Part shown: in pieces, positions 58,295-64,000 of the stretch | How positions within the stretch are numbered: position 1 is the first letter of the stretch | How the letters are laid out: every line of letters begins with the position of its first letter | Origin: Bacteroidota bacterium | GTDB taxonomy: Bacteria; Bacteroidota; Bacteroidia; Chitinophagales; JADIYW01 | NCBI GenBank assembly: GCA_039797705.1 | Contig: JBDKHK010000014.1 | Location: 10,758 to 74,757 of the forward strand | Direction of reading: 5' to 3' | DNA length: 64,000 bases | Program-made: the position numbers and the translations under genes | The notes under the pieces: generated by a model | The model's database searches: none | Told to the model about the DNA's origin: nothing | Seen by the model: only the letters and a program-made list of their open reading frames with translations

Positions 58295-58368
58295 TTTGTA
58301 TTTTTGCAACAAGATAGTAAAAATTAAAACTATTCTAAAAAATAATTAACCAAAAATAGGTATATAAA

Positions 58369-59238
58369 ATGATTATTGTGAGATTAAAAGGAAGTATGGG
58401 TAATCAGCTTTTCCAATACGCTACCGGAAGGCATTTGGCACACCTAAATAATGCACCCTTGTTTTTAGATACTACCTATTTTAATTCTTCAAATATAACA
58501 ACACAATGGAAATATGAATTAGATGCATTTAATATTGCTGGTTCTATTGCTACTGCTGATTTATTACGACCGTTTAACGGATGTAAATTTTCGAATAGTG
58601 ATAGATTAAAAGTTTATTTAACATCTTTCGGAAAGTATAAGAAATTTTTATTTGAACAGTATGGGTTTAATGATGAAGTTTTGGAGTTAAGAGGAAATTA
58701 TTACCTAAAAGGTTATTATCAATCCGAAAAATATTTTAAGAGTATAGCAAATATTTTAAGACAAGAATTGACTATTAAAGAAGCATTTTTTCCAAAAAAT
58801 AATACCATTGTCAATCAAATAAAAAATACAAAATCTGTTTCTATCCATATTCGTCATGGAGATTATATCCGCAATATTTCGGCAATGGATGCTCGTGGAT
58901 TGTGCTCTAAGGATTATTATACTAAATCTATTGAGTACATGAAAAGAGAATTAGGCGATGATATTCATTTTTATTTATTTACTGATGATGAAAACTGGGT
59001 GAAAAGAGAAATGCAATGGGATATTGATACTACTTTGATAACAGGTAATACCATGATGGAAGATTTTTATCTGATGAGTTTATGTCAGAATAATATTATA
59101 TCGAATAGTACGTATAGTTGGTGGGCTGCTTGGTTGAATGATTTTCCAGAAAAAAAAGTAGTGATGCCAAAACATTGGGGTGCTAATGTTAAAACAGAAG
59201 ATATAGATTTAAATCCGCCGAAATGGCTCACTAAATAA
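58369..59238 (+). CDS. Alpha-1,2-fucosyltransferase (GT11)
   Basis: GSMGNQLFQYATG, HIRHGDY and SNSTYSWWAAWLN are the three GT11 motifs. Confidence 0.88.
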   Translation: MIIVRLKGSMGNQLFQYATGRHLAHLNNAPLFLDTTYFNSSNITTQWKYELDAFNIAGSIATADLLRPFNGCKFSNSDRLKVYLTSFGKYKKFLFEQYGFNDEVLELRGNYYLKGYYQSEKYFKSIANILRQELTIKEAFFPKNNTIVNQIKNTKSVSIHIRHGDYIRNISAMDARGLCSKDYYTKSIEYMKRELGDDIHFYLFTDDENWVKREMQWDIDTTLITGNTMMEDFYLMSLCQNNIISNSTYSWWAAWLNDFPEKKVVMPKHWGANVKTEDIDLNPPKWLTK

Positions 59239-59259
59239 TATACATTCAGTAAATTTTAA

Positions 59260-60705
59260 TTGTTGGAAAAAATAATAGCACATATCAAACAACTTTCGTT
59301 TTATAATACCCTGCGACATGGCTCGGTGTATATGCTTTCGTTTGTTGGAGTGCAATTTATTACTATCCTTACCATTCCAATTTTTACCAAATTACTAACG
59401 CCTGCCGATTTTGGAATTTATGAAGTTTACAATAATACAGTCCGGTTTTTATCGGTATTGATTTCCTTAAATTTATACACAGGATTTTACCGATTTTATT
59501 TTGAAAAGAAATTAGACAAAAAATACTTGATGCAGTTTTTATTGAGAACTGCCTTTATTTCTTTTATCATTGGGACAATTTTTCTTTGGCTGGCTCGAAA
59601 GGAGTTGTTACGAATGACCAATTTACCGCACGATTTATTTATATGGATTCCGATAGGTATTTTTTCCTCTATTGTACTAAATTTTTTTACTACGTATAAT
59701 AATGCCCAACAAAAAAGCACTCGTTTAAGCATTTGGCAATTTGTGATGCAATTGCTTAAATCTATTACTGCTATTTTTTGTGTGTTGTATGTAAGTAAAA
59801 ATTATCTCGGACGTATTTCTGGTGAAAATATTGTTTTATTAATGATTTCTATTGTAGTAATTTTTGTTTATTTCAGAAATTATATTGGTTTTAAAGAAAC
59901 ATTATCCGATAAATTTGAAATGGTAAAATACTCGGCAGGCTTTATTCCCATTGGGTTGAGCAGTTATTTGATAAGTTATTTAGATTTGGTGCTTATTAAT
60001 AATTTGCAAGGAAATGAAGCGTCTGGTGTATATAGTTATGCATATAAATTTGCAGTTATTTATGCCGGATTTTCGCAGGCATTTATTACCGCCAATCGTC
60101 CTGATTTATTTAATTTATTGAAAGAAAATAAAGAGCAAGAAGTTGTCAGTCAAATGCGTAGTATGTTTAAACTTGTTACCATTGTAGCTTGTTCATTTAT
60201 ATTTTTTGCAGGTGATGCAGGAAGAATTTTAGCCTTAAAAAAAGAATTTGGAGAAGCGCTGTATCTACTTCCAGTTTTAGTAATTGGCTATGTGTTTTCG
60301 GATATTACGGAGGTTTATAATTTTTTCTTGCATTACACTAAAAAAGTAAAACTATTTTATATCAGCTTTATTTCTACTGCCGTAGTAAATTTTATTTTAA
60401 ACTATTTGCTGATTCCTAAATATGGCTATCAAGTAGCTGCTTATACCACTTTGGCTTCTTATATGGTGTTGTTTTTTACAACATATATTGTTTGTAAGTT
60501 TTATACCAATTTAAAAGTTCCCCGTTGGACGGTTTTGTTGGATTATGTTGCAGCTTTGGTATTCGCAGTTTTCCTTAGTTATTTATTGACATTTTTTGTA
60601 TCAAACTTATGGTTGGTCATTTTGATAAAAGCAATCGTCTTGCTCTTGTTTGTTGTGTATTTATATGGCGATAAAATAAAAGCAGCCAAAGAATTGATAA
60701 AATAA
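59260..60705 (+). CDS. wzx: Oligosaccharide flippase (Wzx, MOP superfamily)
   Basis: About 12-14 TM helices in a glycan-cluster context. TTG start. Confidence 0.75.
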   Translation: MLEKIIAHIKQLSFYNTLRHGSVYMLSFVGVQFITILTIPIFTKLLTPADFGIYEVYNNTVRFLSVLISLNLYTGFYRFYFEKKLDKKYLMQFLLRTAFISFIIGTIFLWLARKELLRMTNLPHDLFIWIPIGIFSSIVLNFFTTYNNAQQKSTRLSIWQFVMQLLKSITAIFCVLYVSKNYLGRISGENIVLLMISIVVIFVYFRNYIGFKETLSDKFEMVKYSAGFIPIGLSSYLISYLDLVLINNLQGNEASGVYSYAYKFAVIYAGFSQAFITANRPDLFNLLKENKEQEVVSQMRSMFKLVTIVACSFIFFAGDAGRILALKKEFGEALYLLPVLVIGYVFSDITEVYNFFLHYTKKVKLFYISFISTAVVNFILNYLLIPKYGYQVAAYTTLASYMVLFFTTYIVCKFYTNLKVPRWTVLLDYVAALVFAVFLSYLLTFFVSNLWLVILIKAIVLLLFVVYLYGDKIKAAKELIK

Positions 60706-60731
60706 ATTTTGCTTTTTATCTAAATAAACTA

Positions 60732-61403
60732 TTATTTGGATAATAAATTAGACAACTTCATTTTTAATATTTTAAACAAAGAATATTTATTTATAATAGT
60801 CTTGTCACTATAAAAACTATAAAAATTTTTCTTCCAATAGGCATCAATTGTTGGTTGCATATTTTTAGGAACCACCACAATTACATCCTGAATAATAGTA
60901 ACATTATATGAAGGGAAATAGGTGAAAAATAATTTGAATACTTCATCTGTCGTTGGCCAGTCTTCCGAATGGTGAGGAGGTGGTAATTTTCCTAAAAAAC
61001 AACGTGCATCGTCTATTAAAATTACGGACTCTTCTTCTAATTTACTTATTGCAATCAATTCATCTTCCAACGGACATTCATGCTCCTTGCCACCCGCGCC
61101 TACGCACCAATGTCCATCCAACCAAAATAGCGTTGTTCCTTTCAAATTGGCAACGATTTCAGGCATTTTCTCTTTGCTATTGCCCAATATAAAGGAGATA
61201 TTTCTTTTCGCATCTGGTCTGCTCGAAGCTTCCTGGTGTATGGCTGCATCAATTTCTATGGTATATACTTTTTCAAAATGATGAGCCGCCCAAATAGATG
61301 AATTTCCTTTAAAAGTGCCCGTTTCTACAAAATTTTTTATTTTATAATCATTCAAAAGATTTAATACCAATTCTTTTGGAATAGAGAAACTAATTGCTCC
61401 CAT
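60732..61403 (-). CDS. Class I SAM-dependent methyltransferase (Methyltransf_24/TylF-like)
   Basis: VETGTFKGNSSIW is a glycine-rich SAM loop, followed by LFWLDGHW and ILIDDA. Confidence 0.6.
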   Translation of the reverse strand: MGAISFSIPKELVLNLLNDYKIKNFVETGTFKGNSSIWAAHHFEKVYTIEIDAAIHQEASSRPDAKRNISFILGNSKEKMPEIVANLKGTTLFWLDGHWCVGAGGKEHECPLEDELIAISKLEEESVILIDDARCFLGKLPPPHHSEDWPTTDEVFKLFFTYFPSYNVTIIQDVIVVVPKNMQPTIDAYWKKNFYSFYSDKTIINKYSLFKILKMKLSNLLSK

Positions 61404-61406
61404 TTT

Positions 61407-62126
61407 TTAATTTTTAGATGTTTTAAAAAAGATACCGTCAAATTGCAAAAGTCTGCCTGTTTTTTCATTCACAATGCCAGGTTCGATAAGATAAAGATGG
61501 AACCCTTTGTGCTTCAAATAGTCTATGATTTCATCAAAAAGTAATTCGTTGGTATATAATTCGGTGGTAGATAATTCTAATTGTAAACCGATAATTTTAT
61601 CCAATACCTTTTCAGCACCTTTTAATACTTCCATCTCAAAACCTTGTGTGTCAATTTTGAGAAAAAGTTTCTGTTGCTGAAGTTGTAATTCCGAAAAAAC
61701 GGAGTCTAATTTTTTCAATGTTATTTTTTCTTTTCCAATATATTTGGCACTTGGTGCTGCGTCCACATGAATATCTTTTATATCTAACAAAGAACTACTT
61801 TCTGTATTTGCCGAAATATTTATTTCAGCCGTAGCGTCTTCTGCCCCCAATGCATAATGCAAAACTTCCCAGTTGGTATCATTTTTTGAGTTTTCTGCCA
61901 GCTTTTGGAAAGTGACCGATTGTGGTTCAAACGAAATAATTTTTCCATTATAACCATATTTTCGGAGCTTCATGGAGTATTGCCCAGTATTTGCGCCAAC
62001 ATCTAATAGACAATCTATTTGATGGTCATTTAAAAGCCGCAGAAAGTGGGTATAAGTCTTTCCAGGTTTTTTGTAAATATCAAAACCTAACGAATTGACA
62101 ATTTTTATTAGTAATTTTTTTAGCAT
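61407..62126 (-). CDS. FkbM-family methyltransferase
   Basis: LLDVGANTGQYS and ISFEPQ match the FkbM family pattern. Confidence 0.8.
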   Translation of the reverse strand: MLKKLLIKIVNSLGFDIYKKPGKTYTHFLRLLNDHQIDCLLDVGANTGQYSMKLRKYGYNGKIISFEPQSVTFQKLAENSKNDTNWEVLHYALGAEDATAEINISANTESSSLLDIKDIHVDAAPSAKYIGKEKITLKKLDSVFSELQLQQQKLFLKIDTQGFEMEVLKGAEKVLDKIIGLQLELSTTELYTNELLFDEIIDYLKHKGFHLYLIEPGIVNEKTGRLLQFDGIFFKTSKN

Positions 62127-62164
62127 GGAGCGGACAAATATAATTAAATCCCGTTGTTAAATAA

Positions 62165-62172
62165 TACATTTG
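62165..62172 (+). promoter_or_regulatory. -7 box TACATTTG, 4 nt before ATG
   Basis: TACATTTG-tatc-ATG. Confidence 0.5.
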
Positions 62173-62176
62173 TATC

Positions 62177-62902
62177 ATGTATCTGCCAATGATTTCTATT
62201 ATTACACCCGTTTTTAACAATGAGCAGGATATAGCTCATTGCATCGATTCTGTGGCAGCACAAACATATCAGTATATAGAACATATAATTATAGATGGAA
62301 ATTCCACAGATGCTACATTGTCTATTATAAAAACTAAAGCCAGTAAAAATTCTACTTTAAAATTTATTTCTGAAAATGATAATGGCATTTATGATGCGAT
62401 GAATAAAGGTATTCAAATGGCATCGGGAGATTTTTTATACTTTATGGGAAGTGATGATGTGTTTTATGCAAATTCTGTTTTAGAAAATATTATACAAGAT
62501 TTAGAAGGCAATGATTTGGTGTATGGAAATGTATTTTTCAAACATAAAAAAATAGTGTATGATGGTGCATTTAATAAAACCAGAATCATCGACCAATCCA
62601 TTTGTCATCAAGCAGCATTTTTTAGTAAACGAACTTTTGCATCAGTAGGAATGTATGACACAAAATTAAAATTAGCAGGCGATTGGGATTTATTTTTACG
62701 CTGTTTTTATCATAAAAATATTTCTATAAAATATATTGATACTATTATTTGTTTGTACGATGAATCTGGTGCAAGTGGACAAAATTCCGAAAACAGAATA
62801 ACGAAATATTTGACACTTTATAAGCGTGTAGGAGTTTTTGGAATAATGAAATATTGGTTTATTCAAATAGAAAAAAAATTAGGCAGAAAATCTTTCAGTT
62901 AA
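62177..62902 (+). CDS. Glycosyltransferase family 2
   Basis: ISIITPVFNNEQDIAHCIDSVAAQTY..IEHIIIDGNSTDAT and MGSDDVF (DxD). Confidence 0.88.
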   Translation: MYLPMISIITPVFNNEQDIAHCIDSVAAQTYQYIEHIIIDGNSTDATLSIIKTKASKNSTLKFISENDNGIYDAMNKGIQMASGDFLYFMGSDDVFYANSVLENIIQDLEGNDLVYGNVFFKHKKIVYDGAFNKTRIIDQSICHQAAFFSKRTFASVGMYDTKLKLAGDWDLFLRCFYHKNISIKYIDTIICLYDESGASGQNSENRITKYLTLYKRVGVFGIMKYWFIQIEKKLGRKSFS

Positions 62903-63808
62903 TTTATTTTTCAATAATTCTACGGAAGCAGCATCATTATAAATAAACCAATCACTTAACGGTTGGTGATAAAAAGGTTCATAAATAATAAATGCATTGG
63001 ACAAAATAGCAGCGGAATAACTGAGCGCACTTTTGGCCGTTAATAAAATATCGGCATTAACGAAATGCAGATAATCTTCGAATACATTTTGATTTAGATG
63101 GATAATTGCCACCTCCTTAAAAATCTCAAAATCGTTTGCATTGCCTTGAGAAAAAATAGTTATTTCATATTTTTTTTGCAACGCATCTAAGCTATTTTTT
63201 ATGTCATTTATTAAAGCTATAATAGTTTCATTCGCGGTGTATCGTTCTTTATCTATCGCTGATACATCGCCTCTGCGAATGTGCACGACTATTTTTAAAA
63301 TTGGATTTGAAACAGGAATTGTTTTGTTGTGAAAAAATTTACTTCGCAGTTTTTCTTTGATTTCAAGATACTTATCGGGGAACCGATTGATATAATTATG
63401 AAAATGCGATTTTTGAAAAATGATATTATTTTTAAGTCCTAAAAAATACAGCAAAACAAGCAGGATGCCACTCAGAGAAATATTATCTAAAACCACTATT
63501 TTGTGTGATTTTTTATACGCTTCAATTTTACTTTCGTTCAAACTTAAAGCAAAAAAATCTTCAATTTGTTGGTTGTAATTTTTGTTATTGTGGTAATTGT
63601 GTTCTACCGATTTTAAGGGTGTGTGGCAATAGGTAATTTTGTGGAGGTGAGCATACAATATTGCAGAATATACCGCCTGCACTTGCGCACCCATGCCGTC
63701 TGTTTTTCCGGCACACGTTATTATTCCTTTTTTTCTGAAAGGAATAGCAATAAATAACGTAAAATATCCGAGGAGCGTAGAGATGATATAATGGAATTTT
63801 TTGTACAA
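62879..63808 (-). CDS. Putative fucosyltransferase-superfamily glycosyltransferase (divergent)
   Basis: DGMGAQVQAVYSAILYA resembles GT11 motif I (G.GNQ.FQYA), and HIRRGD is the HxRRGD motif shared by GT11, GT23 and O-FucT enzymes. It has a TTG start and its 3' end overlaps the GT2 gene by 24 nt. Confidence 0.5.
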   Translation of the reverse strand: MYKKFHYIISTLLGYFTLFIAIPFRKKGIITCAGKTDGMGAQVQAVYSAILYAHLHKITYCHTPLKSVEHNYHNNKNYNQQIEDFFALSLNESKIEAYKKSHKIVVLDNISLSGILLVLLYFLGLKNNIIFQKSHFHNYINRFPDKYLEIKEKLRSKFFHNKTIPVSNPILKIVVHIRRGDVSAIDKERYTANETIIALINDIKNSLDALQKKYEITIFSQGNANDFEIFKEVAIIHLNQNVFEDYLHFVNADILLTAKSALSYSAAILSNAFIIYEPFYHQPLSDWFIYNDAASVELLKNKLTERFSA

Positions 63809-63870
63809 TGTTTAGGAGAATGAGAATAAAAATACATAAAAAATCTAAAAATGAAAGCTGAAATATTATA

Positions 63871-64000
63871 GTAGTGAATTGATTTTAAATTGTGTTCTTT
63901 ATATACTAATTTCAACTTAGATGATATAGGAATTTCATTATTATCGTTGTGAATTGATTTTAAATTGTGTTCTTTATATACTAATTTCAACACCGATACA
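63871..64000. CRISPR. Start of a probable CRISPR array (46-nt repeat, 29-nt spacer) running off the window
   Basis: GTTGTGAATTGATTTTAAATTGTGTTCTTTATATACTAATTTCAAC at 63946-63991 matches 63871-63916 with one mismatch (GTAGTG). The two copies are separated by 29 unrelated nt. The GTTG...CAAC termini and the repeat length resemble Bacteroidota type II-C repeats. Confidence 0.6.

Noticed and set aside
63721-63993. 90-aa minus-strand ORF with the internally repeated peptide LKLVYKEHNLKSIH.
   Set aside because: The repeated peptide is simply the translation of the two 46-nt CRISPR-like repeats. The ORF also overlaps the 5' end of the real gene at 62879-63808, so it is an artefact.
1-64000. Search for tRNA, rRNA, tmRNA, RNase P RNA, intact IS transposases, integrases and prophage genes.
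   Set aside because: I saw no T-arm or anticodon-stem signatures, no rRNA-like conserved blocks, and no DDE, tyrosine or serine recombinase motifs in any ORF. Visual scanning can miss small RNAs, so this should be confirmed with tRNAscan-SE and Infernal.

Overview
AT-rich chromosomal segment with a Bacteroidota signature: TAnnTTTG -7 promoter boxes, no Shine-Dalgarno sites, and lineage-typical families (IPExxxVDY, DUF4783, S16 with a long tail). Most of the window is densely packed housekeeping. This includes the rpsP-rimM-trmD-rplS operon, coaD, hisS, gpmI, nadC, trpG-trpD-trpC, htrA, dapF, corA, ftsE, hemE, gdhA, comEC, yidC, rlmB, pyk, acpP-fabF-rnc, tadA, alaS, ssb and dprA. There are four accessory parts. 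(1) 8.5-9.9 kb: a small island of gene remnants holding a VbhA/Fic toxin-antitoxin pair whose toxin carries an in-frame TAA. (2) 38.6-43.3 kb: a MarR / outer-membrane porin / AniA-type lipoprotein NirK / FGE-like (NirV-type) / SCO1 nitrite-reductase module. (3) 56.5-63.8 kb: a neutral ceramidase next to a mixed-orientation glycan cluster (GT11 fucosyltransferase, Wzx flippase, two methyltransferases, GT2, and a second HxRRGD protein). (4) From 63871: what looks like the first two repeats of a 46-nt-repeat, type II-C-like CRISPR array that runs off the window. The least-explained signal is non-coding. Phase-perfect tandem heptamer arrays fill four intergenic gaps (1785, 5861, 30422, 34353), the largest with 48 units and no indel. 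Two of them share the same bipartite layout immediately upstream of a gene. Other points are many -7 boxes placed exactly 4 nt before the ATG (predicted leaderless mRNAs), a terminator-like hairpin in the leader of an orphan 341-aa gene, and an 83-bp tandem duplication with a GC-rich core. I found no rRNA, tRNA or intact transposase genes. All product calls come from motif recognition by eye, not database searches.
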